A stretch of 63,724 bases of DNA, filler included, from Octopus bimaculoides (Eukaryota), in NCBI RefSeq assembly GCF_001194135.2. It is 7 parts of 5 records of this genome, joined end to end, with 100 filler letters (N's around TTAATTAATTAA, not from the genome) between each part and the next. Parts side by side here need not be neighbours in the genome. Positions count along the whole stretch, not along the records: positions 26,660 to 30,736 come from NC_068987.1; positions 30,837 to 39,002 come from NC_069003.1; positions 39,103 to 46,448 come from NC_068987.1; 4 more parts are not named here. One strand, 5' to 3'. How positions within the stretch are numbered: position 1 is the stretch's first letter; each line of letters starts with the position of its first letter. The translations under genes and the position numbers were made by a program. The notes beneath the pieces were generated by a model. That model did no database searches. It saw nothing but the letters and a program-made list of their open reading frames with translations, and was not told the DNA's origin. Of this stretch, positions 26,841 to 39,329 are shown in pieces.

Positions 26841-27900
26841 TTACACACACACTTACACATTCTAACACAACCTTTGCACACACGGACACACACTCGTGCG
26901 CATACACACACATCTATATTTTCATGCTATATGATTTATGTATTAAACGCTGAAAGGCAATGAGAAAAACAAAATAAAAAATAAAACTGAAAAAAGCTTA
27001 CGAAACCACCTGATAAGGCAATTATTTACTGCAAAACTTGAAGTGGTTAGTTCGTTGATAAACAATATACTGGATTACTACAGGGCATAACCCAATTTGA
27101 TTGTGATCTATTTGCTTGTAAATACATAAATATCGTCGCTTGATCTGATAACTTTGCAAAACGAATAATGTTAGGTTTGTGCAAGGACTTCTGCTTGCTA
27201 TGTTGAAAATGGAAGCGTGTTAAAATTTGAAACAACTGGGGTTGTTTAGTTATATCTTCAAATATGTTGGGTTCTTTAATTCAAATATTATTGATTATGC
27301 GTTGCAAGAGCTTTCGAGTGGAAGGGTAAGATAGAAAAGCTGCGTAGGAGGGTTGTACGTGATCCTGTTTTGATTTCAAGTAGTGGTTATTATTTTTGCC
27401 ATAATATTTCTAAATTTTATGCTAACGTTTAGAGGCATGATATAAAGGAAAGGATACTTGATGTAAATGTGTTTAGAGAAGAAGATTGTAAAACGTATTT
27501 TATGTCAAGATCTTTTACCCAGTAAATGGGACCTACCATAAAAAGAAGCGTACTGTTTCGAAACCTTCTCTACTTCACTGACAGACGTGAAAAAACTGTC
27601 AGTTGACTTTGAAAGTGTATGCACAGTAACATCCGAATTAAAATCCAGATAAATGCTTTAGAGATTACTCTATCGGATGCATGAATGCTGCAGAGTTTAC
27701 ATAGTGTTATTTCTCAATCCATGTATCTGAATAAAATATGATAAAATCTCTTAAGCGCAAGTTGGCAGTTTTTATGATGTACTTTGATAGAAGTATCTGC
27801 AAGGTGGTTTAACCTCGTAGAAATAACAGCCAAATTTTTCTTCAATTACATGGTACTGTAATAAACAAATGGAAGATATATTGGTCAATGTAGTCCTCAT

Positions 27901-27938
<38 letters not shown>

Positions 27939-28940
27939 TANNNNNNNNNNNNNNNNNNNNNNNNNNNNNNNNNNNNNNNNNNNNNNNNNNNNNNNNNNNN
28001 NNNNNNNNNNNNNNNNNNNNNNNNNNNNNNNNNNNNNNNNNNNNNNNNNNNNNNNNNNNNNNNNNNNNNNNNNNNNNNNNNNNNNNNNNNNNNNNNNNNN
28101 NNNNNNNNNNNNNNNNNNNNNNNNNNNNNNNNNNNNNNNNNNNNNNNNNNNNNNNNNNNNNNNNNNNNNNNNNNNNNNNNNNNNNNNNNNNNNNNNNNNN
28201 NNNNNNNNNNNNNNNNNNNNNNNNNNNNNNNNNNNNNNNNNNNNNNNNNNNNNNNNNNNNNNNNNNNNNNNNNNNNNNNNNNNNNNNNNNNNNNNNNNNN
28301 NNNNNNNNNNNNNNNNNNNNNNNNNNNNNNNNNNNNNNNNNNNNNNNNNNNNNNNNNNNNNNNNNNNNNNNNNNNNNNNNNNNNNNNNNNNNNNNNNNNN
28401 NNNNNNNNNNNNNNNNNNNNNNNNNNNNNNNNNNNNNNNNNNNNNNNNNNNNNNNNNNNNNNNNNNNNNNNNNNNNNNNNNNNNNNNNNNNNNNNNNNNN
28501 NNNNNNNNNNNNNNNNNNNNNNNNNNNNNNNNNNNNNNNNNNNNNNNNNNNNNNNNNNNNNNNNNNNNNNNNNNNNNNTATAACAGGATAGATATGACTG
28601 AAGCATCTTCAACCATAGATATGCTAAACTAGGGATGATAAAAGGTTGTCCAATAACAACAATAACTTCAACAACAACCACTGCGTTAGGGACGTATCAC
28701 AGAAGTTTTTTTTTCTTCATGTTGTGTATTAAAGGTATGCCAGTTAGGGAGAGTCCAGACTAAACCAACACGAGGAAATACACTAAAATATAATTAAAAA
28801 AAAGAAACAAGTCAACGTAACTGCTTGTTAATTATAAATTCTCAGATTATTTATTACTTCATCACCTCTTACATTTAAGTGGAATGGAGATTTGAGATTC
28901 ATTACTTTTTCTACAAATATGGAGCAGCATCAATGGCTAA

Positions 28941-29332
28941 GTTTGTTGTTGTTGGCACTCCGTCGCTTAGGATGTCGAGGGTTCCAGTTGATCGGATCAA
29001 CGGAACAGCCTGCTCGTGAAATTAACGTGCCAATGGCTGAGCACTCCACAGACACGTGTACCCTTAACGTAGTACTCGGGGATATTCAGCGTGACACAGT
29101 GTGACAAGGCTGACTCTTTGAATTACAGGCACAACAGAAACAGGAAGTAAGAGCGAGAGAAAGTTGTGGTGGAAGAGTACAGCAGGGTTCACCACCGTCC
29201 CCTGCCGAAGCCTCGTGGAGCTTTAGGTGTTTTCGCTCAATAAACACTCACAACGCCCGGTCTGGGAATCGAAACCGCGATCCTATGACCGCGAGACCGC
29301 TGCCCTAACCACTGGGCCATTGCGCCTCCACC
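28941..29332 (-). mobile_element. SINE family C, full length, (AAC)n tail, 9-10 bp target-site duplication
   Basis: tRNA-like head GGTGGAGGCGCAATGGCCCAGTGG...GTTTCGATTCC. (C)AATGGCTAA occurs at 28931-28940 and 29332-29341. Confidence 0.9.
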
Positions 29333-30134
29333 AATGGCTAAATATGAAGAGCGAAACCTTCGAATTGTAGTTTGGTACCTTAACAATTCGGCCTGTGCCA
29401 ACAGTTCATAAGAAAATCTTAAGCTAATGAGGCTTATATAAACTGTTTGAAGACTAAACTTCAATAGCGAAGCTTAGTCGTCATTCAGAATATTTGAAGC
29501 AAGCTTCTATGCGTGAGGCCAAGGATATCGACGGCTAAAAATTGAAAATACAAAAAGTAAGTTAAGTGAAATGACTTAAATGTAGAAGGAAGCTGCAATA
29601 CAGACTCACTTGTCTGTGAGCTTGACACAAGTTTCCGGCATTCGCCCAGGAAATAGTCTTAAACGTTTGTCACAGCAGAAATACCATGTCCAAACATCTG
29701 AATCATAGTTTTGGAATTGTTTATATTTTTAAAGAGCAAAGATAAAATCAAAAACAGAATTCTTTGAGTTGATTGAACTAACTGAAGGAGAATTTTTATA
29801 GGTGACTAATTGTTTCCTAATTGATATTGTCTGTCTCTCGATCAATACACACATGGAAACAGACTTATTTACAAGATCTATGATAACTATTTTGGCAAGG
29901 TAGTGTAAGAGATTTCGTTAGAAGTGATATCAATATTGCATTCTTAATTAGTTATGTGATGAATTATTTTGTATAGGGTCGGGAAAATAGTTGAACAGAA
30001 ATATTTGATTGGAAATCTAATATCCCTTGAAGTTATTTAAATTATTAAAATATATGTAACAGTCGAAATTCGATTTTGGGTGAATTATATTGATTCGACC
30101 TATAACATGTCATACTCAACAAAAGTACATTTCT

Positions 30135-30310
30135 TTGTTATTGTTGTTCAGCTCTGAGTCAAGACTGATCGAACCGACCTATGACCAAAGGATGAAAGAC
30201 ATAACATCTCTGTTTCCACGAATGTAACTACATTATCCAGTGTATCCCTTTGAAGACAACAGAGCGCCGTTTGAGGTTAATTTGGCTGCTATGTTGTTGC
30301 AGATTGAGCC
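30135..30310 (-). mobile_element. Old SINE-like family E fragment, (AAC)n tail
   Basis: The motif (AATA)GCAGCCAAAT and an AAC tail recur at about 16040-16212, 20370-20525 and 31910-32105. Confidence 0.4.
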
Positions 30311-30836
30311 AGTACGTTGAGACTTCATTCATTGCTTCAGATGGCTGACAATTCATTCCTCATTTTTATTTATTTCCAACAAGACATGAAACCGTGATGT
30401 AGTTGTTCCCAGTTCTCTGTTGAATGCGTTACATCTTAATGAAGTCTCTTAATTTCACTAACTCTCCTGCTCTTAGAAGAAACATCAGCGTGACACCTTT
30501 CTCTTTCACCAGAAAACGAATAAACTTCTACGCAGTCACTCGACCTACTAAAAATAGCAGCCAAATATCCATTGTATCACACTTCATAAAAGACGGAGAA
30601 CAGCTGAATCACATACCAGAGCGTCGTAACATGGAACCTTTTTGCTGTAACAATATTCCACCCAAAAATCCGCAACATACACATATGTATGTATGTATGC
30701 ACTTGGTATTTCCATTATTATTGCGGTATATATATANNNNNNNNNNNNNNNNNNNNNNNNNNNNNNNNNNNNNNNNNNNNTTAATTAATTAANNNNNNNN
30801 NNNNNNNNNNNNNNNNNNNNNNNNNNNNNNNNNNNN

Positions 30837-30879
<43 letters not shown>

Positions 30880-31502
30880 TAAATGAAAGACAGAAGATGA
30901 AATATAAGGGAAATTTCTTGTGTGTAGGTATACATTGGTATATATACATGTAGTCCCATTAATGAAAGACTAGCAAGGCAGCAATTAGCCCAAGGGATTG
31001 GGGTCTCTGGTGATAAGGTTGGGTGGTACATGTGGTGGATAGAACTTAAGAAGAAATGCACATTGCTTACTTATTGTTACTACCACCAGCATCACTACCA
31101 CCACAGCTACCGCTCACTGCTGCTGCTATCACAATCACCATCTTGATTTCACATACCTAGGTACACATACACACACTCACACACACACATATATATACAC
31201 ATATGCACGTCACTAATCACATACATGCACACAATAACACGCATACATAGAGACATGTTCACATTCACAGACATTTCACTTACATATTTATACATACATG
31301 CAAATATGTGGATAGAGGAGGATGGTGAAGATAGTGATAGTGATGGTAGTGGTGGCAGGAGGATAAAATATGGGGGTTGAGCTGTTGTTCTTGTTGTAGA
31401 TATTGTTTCAACTCTTGATTTCTTTTTCATTGAGGATTAGTCTATCTAGGAGTACAGCATCCAATAGCTCCAAACCAATTTTGTTTTAAAGTGTATGCTT
31501 CT

Positions 31503-31841
31503 GAAGAAGAAGAAGAAGAAGAAGAAGAAGAAGAAGAAGAAGAAGAAGAAGAAGAAGAAGAAGAAGAAGAAGAAGANNNNNNNNNNNNNNNNNNNNNNNN
31601 NNNNNNNNNNNNNNNNNNNNNNNNNNNNNNNNNNNNNNNNNNNNNNNNNNNNNNNNNNNNNNNNNNNNNNNNNNNNNNNNNNNNNNNNNNNNNNNNNNNN
31701 NNNNNNNNNNNNNNNNNNNNNNNNNNNNNNNNNNNNNNNNNNNNNNNNNNNNNNNNNNNNNNNNNNNNNNNNNNNNNNNNNNNNNNNNNNNNNNNNNNNN
31801 NNNNNNNNNNNNNNNNNAGGAGGAGGAGGAGGAGGAGGAGG
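31503..31841. repeat. (GAA)n and (GGA)n microsatellites spanning a gap
   Basis: Direct reading. Confidence 0.9.
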
Positions 31842-32883
31842 AGAATTGAGAATGTAGAACAAAACAAAAAGGGAGCTACAAGATCCTTAATAATATGGTC
31901 ACACTTCTACTGCAACTAATAGATTTTCCATTAAATTACAGCCTACCATCTTGAAAGTTAGAAGATTATATTGGATAATGTCATCTGAGATACGCAATGT
32001 TCAAGAGAAAGAAGGGATTGATTGGTCATGGTTGGAATATTGCTGATGGTGTGCTTTCTATGTTTGCTCAGTCATGTCTGACCAGGGGTTAAACAACAGC
32101 AAGCAACGTCACAACCACTACAACCATCATGACAATGACCACCACCACTACCACCTACACTATCATTGCTACCACCTACACCATACCACAACCAATACCA
32201 CCACCACTACTAGTGGTGGTGGTGACGGTGTTACCAACACCTTCACTATCCCAACAATCACTACCAGTAACAATACCATCAATCAACCATCACACCATCA
32301 CTCCTACTGTCATCACCACCGAGCTACAACCAATGAACTTTAACTGCCACCAACACCACTACTACTATATGATATAAATTGAACACACAGACACACACAC
32401 AAACCCTCAAGAAATCAGACAACAAACTAGTCACTAATCCCTCCTACACACACACACTTTTTTTACCCCATTAAGAAAAAAACGGTGGGAAGAGTCTGTC
32501 TCATAATACTAGATAGTTATAATTTTAAAAGGGTTTTCTACGCACAGTGACAGACAGAAAGGGATAAAAGGATGATAGGTTGGGTGGGTGATCGGGACAA
32601 CTGATAAGAACCATTGAAGTGGGGACAGTAGCAGCTGGCTCCATGACTGTAGTAGTAAGGATTAAAATTAGGGAACAGATAAACACACGCACTCATAAAT
32701 ATGCATATATATAAACAAATAAATATATATGTGCATGCGTGTGTATGTATGCATGTATGTATGTGTGCGTGTGTATGTATATATATATATATATATATAT
32801 ATCTTCATTATAATACCATAAATCAGGAGAAGAGCATACCCTATAAAATATAGAACAGTTATTTATTTTTGTATGTATAGCAT

Positions 32884-33010
32884 AAGTCTAGAAAAAACCA
32901 TTGGTTTCATATCTAGTGTGAACTAGACATCTCTTCAATATTGTTTAGAGAAACTGAAGAGATGTCTAGTTCACGCTAGATATGAAACCAATGGGTTTTT
33001 TTCTAAACTT
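32884..33010. repeat. Inverted repeat, ~54-bp arms, 17-bp spacer
   Basis: 32884-32937 is a near-perfect reverse complement of 32955-33010. Confidence 0.9.
32943..33008 (+). ncRNA. Type I hammerhead ribozyme, near-canonical (GUU site)
   Basis: GTTTAGAGAAA [CTGAAGA] G-ATGTCTAG-TTCACG-CTAGATAT [GAAA] CC-AATG-GG-T-T / TTTTTCTAAAC. Stem I is 11 bp (one G.U), stem II is 8 bp (the closing C appears lost), and stem III is short. Confidence 0.7.
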
Positions 33011-33044
33011 ACACTACACATACAAATATATATATATATATGCA

Positions 33045-33083
<39 letters not shown>

Positions 33084-33390
33084 NNNNNNNNNNNNNNNNN
33101 NNNNNNNNNNNNNNNNNNNNNNNNNNNNNNNNNNNNNNNNNNNNNNNNNNNNNNNNNNNNNNNNNNNNNNNNNNNNNNNNNNNNNNNNNNNNNNNNNNNN
33201 NNNNNNNNNNNNNNNNNNNNNNNNNNNNNNNNNNNNNNNNNNNNNNNNNNNNNNNNNNNNNNNNNNNNNNNNNNNNNNNNNNNNNNNNNNNNNNNNNNNN
33301 NNNNNNNNNNNNNNNNNNNNNNNNNNNNNNNNNNNNNNNNNNNNNNNNNNNNNNNNNNNNNNNNNNNNNNNNNNNNNNNNNNNNNNNNNN

Positions 33391-33447
<57 letters not shown>

Positions 33448-33729
33448 AAAGTGAACAAATCACTTTCTTTCTCTCTCTTTATATATATATAAGTATATGT
33501 ATGTTTATATATACGTGTGTGTGTGTGTATGTGCAGACACGTGTGTGTGTGTGTGTGCACAGACACGTGTGTGTGTGCGCAGACACGTGTGTGTGTGCAT
33601 GTGACATAAGAACCCTAAAAAGAAAACACCTTGAACAACAAAAAGTAGAAAAAAAGAATGAACAACAAAAAGATAAATTGAACTTACAGATGAAAAGAGT
33701 ATGTGTGTGTATATATATATGTATATATA

Positions 33730-33782
<53 letters not shown>

Positions 33783-34102
33783 TTAGCAGAGTGTCGCTAA
33801 TGAATTAGTAATGCTCTGTTCAAGTCAGGTTCGTTGTTGATGTTTTGCCTTTAAATATAATAAGCCCTGATATATGTCCCTTTTTTCTACTTAAAAAGAA
33901 CTGGGGTCAGCTTGTACTGTATATGTGCAGTTTAACAGTTACACACAAAGGGGAACTATTCCATTTTGTGATAAGGGGTGAAAGGTATGGTGAGAAGCGA
34001 GCTCACTAAAAAGGGACAAAGCAAGAGAAAGAGGGAAACTGAGGAGAAAGAAACTGTATGAGCAAGAAGACAGATAGGTAGGTAGGTAGGTAGGTAGGTA
34101 GG

Positions 34103-34157
<55 letters not shown>

Positions 34158-34524
34158 TAAGACAGATAGAAAGATGGATATACATATATATAGGTAGATG
34201 TATAGATAGCAAGATTGATGGAAACAGATAGGTAAGTAGACAGATATGTAGATAAACAGATGATTAGACAGACCAGCATTGACAGATATATATATATATA
34301 GATAGATATATATACACACACACACACACATATATGTGTGTGTGTGACAGTTGGAAAAAGCTATATAAATCAGAATTTAAAATATAAAAGGTGTTGCGGA
34401 AAATAGCACAGAGGTAAATATGAGACATTTTAAGTAAATCTAAGACATCTTCGTATAATTTTAAAATCATTCCTTCTAAATTGAAATGTCTTAGATTTAC
34501 TTCTGTGCTATATCCACTTCTACC

Positions 34525-34598
<74 letters not shown>

Positions 34599-34967
34599 GC
34601 TTTTATTCTTTTATTTGTTTCAGTCATTTCAACGCAGACATACTGGAGCACTGCCTTTAGTCAACCAAATCGACCCCAGGACTTATACTATTGGTCTCTT
34701 TTGCTGAACCACTATGTTACAAGGATGTAAACACACAACATTGGTTGTCAAGCAATGTTGGGGGACAAACACAGACACAAACATATACATATATATGTAT
34801 ATATATGACAGGCTTCTTTCTGTTTCCGTCTACCAAATCCACTCACAAGCTTTTGGTCAGCCCAAGGCTATAGTAGAAGATATTTGCCCAAGGTACCGTG
34901 CAGTGGAACTGAACACAGAACCATGTGGTTGGTAAGCAAGCTACTTACACACAGCCACTCCTGCGCC
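34599..34967 (-). mobile_element. SINE family A, near full length
   Basis: Reverse complement of the family A consensus, ending CCACTCCTGCGCC. Confidence 0.85.
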
Positions 34968-35194
34968 TACCTACATACCTACCTGCCTACATACATACAT
35001 ACATTCTTTTACTCTTTTACTCATTTCAGCAATGTGGTTGCAGTGATGCTGGAGCATATATATATATCATCATCATCATCATCATCATCATTGTTTAACG
35101 TCTGCCTTCCATGCCGGCATAGCCACAGTCAAATGACTGAAACAAGTAAAAGAAGAATATATATATATTTATCTACATATATATATATATATAC

Positions 35195-35570
35195 AGCTCC
35201 ATTTGAGCGTGATCGTTACCAGCATCACCTTCTATCACTTGTGCTGGTGGCATGTTAGAATATCATTCGAGCGAAGTCGTTGCCAGTGCTGCTGGACTGG
35301 CTCCTGTGCAGGTGGCACGTAAAATACACCTTTTTGGGCATGGCCATTGCCAGTGCCGCCTGACTGGCCTTCATGCCGGTGGCACATAAAAGCACCCACT
35401 ACACTCTTGGAGTGGTTGGCGTTAGGAAGGGCATCCAGCTGTACAAACTCTGCCAAATCAGATTGGAGCCTAGTGTAGCCATCTGGTTCACCAGTCCTCA
35501 GTCAAATCGTCCAACCCATGCTAGCATGGAAAGCGGACGTTAAACGATGATGATGATGATGATGATGATG
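35195..35570 (+). mobile_element. 5'-truncated RTE 3'-UTR copy
   Basis: GGTTGGCGTTAGGAAGGGCATCCAGC...CCCATGCTAGCATGGAAAGCGGACGTTAAAC(GAT)n. Confidence 0.88.
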
Positions 35571-36465
35571 ATATATATCTGTCTATCTATATGTATGTAT
35601 ATATATATATATATATATATTTGTGACGCACATGGAATAGATTTCTTTGAAGTGAGANNNNNNNNNNNNNNNNNNNNNNNNNNNNNNNNNNNNNNNNNNN
35701 NNNNNNNNNNNNNNNNNNNNNNNNNNNNNNNNNNNNNNNNNNNNNNNNNNNNNNNNNNNNNNNNNNNNNNNNNNNNNNNNNNNNNNNNNNNNNNNNNNNN
35801 NNNNNNNNNNNNNNNNNNNNNNNNNNNNNNNNNNNNNNNNNNNNNNNNNNNNNNNNNNNNNNNNNNNNNNNNNNNNNNNNNNNNNNNNNNNNNNNNNNNN
35901 NNNNNNNNNNNNNNNNNNNNNNNNNNNNNNNNNNNNNNNNNNNNNNNNNNNNNNNNNNNNNNNNNNNNNNNNNNNNNNNNNNNNNNNNNNNNNNNNNNNN
36001 NNNNNNNNNNNNNNNNNNNNNNNNNNNNNNNNNNNNNNNNNNNNNNNNNNNNNNNNNNNNNNNNNTATCCAATTAACTAAAGACTTGTTTTGTTTATGCT
36101 TTTCCCTCCGGTTTTTTGTTCTATGTGTGCCATAAATATCGCCATCCGTTTAGAGAAAAATTTGTAGTTTAGAATCAGTAGTTCTTTGACTGCTATTTCT
36201 AAATTTTCAGTATGTTGGAGAAGCATCTCAATGCTAATCCCTGTATATTTATGATGATAAATGGTTTTACCAATAAAGGTTTTTTCATACTGAACTACTT
36301 GGCAAAATTGTTAATTATTAATTCTATTATTAATTGACGATTCCCTGCCCTTATTCTTGTATATATATATATATATATATACATACATATATAAATACCA
36401 TTATTATTATTATTATTTACAGGATTATAAAACACGATGCTGTATATTAAAACCATTCGAGTATA

Positions 36466-36532
36466 TAGCCTCGAGCTGGCCAAAGCTTTGTGATTGGATT
36501 TGGTAGACAGAAACTGAAAGAAGCCCATCATA

Positions 36533-36598
<66 letters not shown>

Positions 36599-36848
36599 CA
36601 TATATGTGTGTGTGTATATATATATGTGTGTGTGTGTGTATGTATATGTTTGTGTCTGTATTTGTCCTCCCACTGTCACTTGACAACTGATGTTGGTGTG
36701 TTTTGTCCCTGTAACATAGCGGTAAGACAAAAGAGTCCGATAGGATAAGTACTAGGCTTACAAAGAATAAGTCCTGGGATTGATTTGTTTGACTAAAGGC
36801 AGTGCTGCAGCATGGCTGCAGTCAGATGACTGAAACAAATAAAAGAAT
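36466..36848 (+). mobile_element. SINE family A, 5'-truncated
   Basis: Starts in the CORE-like region and lies tail-to-tail with the RTE LINE. Confidence 0.8.
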
Positions 36849-36855
36849 ATATATT

Positions 36856-39002
36856 ATCATCATCATCATCGTTTAACGTCCACTTTCCATGCTAGCATGG
36901 GTTGGACGATTTGACTGAGGACTGGCAAGCCAGAAGGCCGCACCAGGCTCCAATCTTATCTGGCAGAGTTTCTACAGCTGGATGCCCTTCCTAACGCCAA
37001 CCACTCCAAGAGTGTAGTGGGTGCTTTTATGTGCCACCAGTACGAGGGCCACTCACACGGTAGGTGTTTCTTACATGCCACCTGCACGGGAGCCAGTCCA
37101 GTGGCACTGGCAATGACTTCGCTTGAATGATATTCTAGCATGCCACCAGCACAAGTGATAGAAGGTGATGCTGGTAATGATTACGCTCAAATGGTGCTAT
37201 TTTCGGGCCACTAGCACGGAAGCCAGACATCTGCTCTGGCAATGAACACGCTCAGACAGGTGCCAGTCATCGAGTATGGTTCAGTTACGATTTCGATTTT
37301 ACTTGCCCCAGCAGGTCTTCGCAAGCAGAGTTTAGTGTCCAATGAAGGAGAGGTTGGCATGGGTGCCAGTCGTCAGATTCGGTTCGATTTCAGGTTTCAA
37401 ATTTCAAATTCCAAATTCACTTGTCTCAACAGGTCTTCGCAAGCAGAGTTTTTAGTGTCCAATGAAGTAAAAATAGGAATAAGTGAGCTGGCTACACTCC
37501 TGGCAGAGGTCACAGGTTATGCTTTCACTTGGCTTGCTGGGTCTTCTCACGTACTGCATACTTCCAAAGGTCCCTGTCACAGGTCATTGCCTCGGTGAGG
37601 CCTAAAGTTCGGAGGTCGTGCTTCACCACCTCATCCCAGGTCTTCCTGGGTCTCCCTCTTTCACAGGTTCCCTCAACTGCTAGGGTGTGGCACTTTTTCA
37701 CACAGCTATCCTCATCCATTCTTGTCACATGTGCATACCAGCGCAATCGTCTCTCTAACACAACACAACTGATGCTTCTAATGTTCAGCTTTTCTCTCAA
37801 GGTACTTACACTCTGTTGAGTATGCACACTGACATTACACATCCATCGGAGCATACTGGCTTCATTCCTTTCAAGCTTACACATGTTCTCAGCAGTCACG
37901 GCCTATGTTTCACTGCCATGTAGCATGGCTGTTCGTATGCATGCATCATACAGCCATGAGAGGCCCTTTGTCACCAACAGAGGTAAGAGCTCTCTAAACT
38001 TTGCCCAGGCTATTCTTATTCTAGCAGCTACACTTTCAGTGTAGCTACAAACTTGGTCACCTAGGTAGCGGAAGCTATCAACTACTTCTAGTTTCTCTCC
38101 CTGGAGTATGGCAAAGGTTGTTTTCCACACATTTTCAGTGTTTATTGCTCCTGAGCATCTGCCACATACGAAAACTATCTTGCTAGTTAGTCTTCTTCCT
38201 TTGATATTGCTGCACCTTTTATGTGTCCATAGCTTACACTGGGTACATCTTACAGAGTTTCTACCTACACCTTTTTTACAGATCAAGCAAGGCCATCTAC
38301 CTGAAGGGGTTTGTGTTTTGTCTACCTTCCTACTTATTAGGACTTTGGTTTTAGCTAGGTTGACTTTAAGGCCCTTCGATTCTAGTCCCTGCTTCCACAC
38401 CTGAAACTTCTCCTCTAGTTCTGATAGTGATTCAGCAATCAGTGCAAGGTCATCAGCATAGAGGAGTCCCAGGGGCATCCCGTGTTGAATTCCTGTGTTA
38501 TTGCCTGGAGGACTATGATAAATAGGAGGGGGCTGACGACTGAACTCTGGTGGACCTCTACCTCTACCCGGAATTCTTCACTGTACTCATTGCCAATCCT
38601 CACCTTACTGACAGTGTCCCTGTACATGGCTCACACAGCTCTCACTAACCGCTCATCTATCCCTAGTTTCCTCATTGACCACCAGATAAGGGATCGGGGG
38701 AACCTGTCAGAGGCTTTCTCCATGTCAACGAAAGCCAGGTACAGAGGTTTATCTTTGGCTAGGTATTTCTCCTACAGCTGTCTTACCAGAAATATAGCAT
38801 CAGTGGTGCTTTTCCCTGGCACGAACCCAAACTGCATCTCATCTAAACTGACTCGCTCCCTAATTAGTTAGGCTATGACCCTCTTGTTGACCTTCATTAC
38901 CTGGTCCAACAACTTGATACCTCTGTAATTGCTTGTGTCTAAAGCATCACCTTCACCTTTGTAGCAGTTGACTATGGTACTGCTACACCAGTCATTGGGT
39001 AT
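36856..39002 (-). mobile_element. RTE-clade LINE, 3' portion (RT, 3' UTR, (GAT)n tail)
   Basis: RT motifs QFGFVPGKSTTDAIF, SPLLFIIVL, LLYADDLAL, FRYLGD and RRLRWYAHVTRM. The 3' UTR ends CCATGCTAGCATGGAAAGTGGACGTTAAAC(GAT)n. The 5' side is cut by a scaffold join. Confidence 0.92.
37525..39002 (-). pseudogene. RTE reverse transcriptase, disrupted by stops and frameshifts, with an embedded C4HC3 zinc finger
   Basis: ORF-track pieces 38439-38627, 37903-38478 and 37525-37899 join into one RT C-terminal half. Confidence 0.9.
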
Positions 39003-39102
39003 NNNNNNNNNNNNNNNNNNNNNNNNNNNNNNNNNNNNNNNNNNNNTTAATTAATTAANNNNNNNNNNNNNNNNNNNNNNNNNNNNNNNNNNNNNNNNNN
39101 NN

Positions 39103-39150
<48 letters not shown>

Positions 39151-39329
39151 AATGGGGGTGACAACAGTTCTGTCAAATTTGACCATGACGTAGCAGCTAC
39201 AAGAAAAGAAAGAAGCATTAAGGAGAAGATCGCTCATTTGCACGTTGTGTTACGGCCGATAAGGTCTATTCTGGTTGGGAAACGTGTTCTACAGACCACC
39301 CAGTATGTTCACTTACACCAGGGTTGTTA

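Noticed and set aside
29441-29488. Minus-strand CTGAATGA + 11-bp hairpin + CAAAC
   Set aside because: Both core halves deviate from CUGANGA/GAAA and there is no stem I or III; at most a dead relic.
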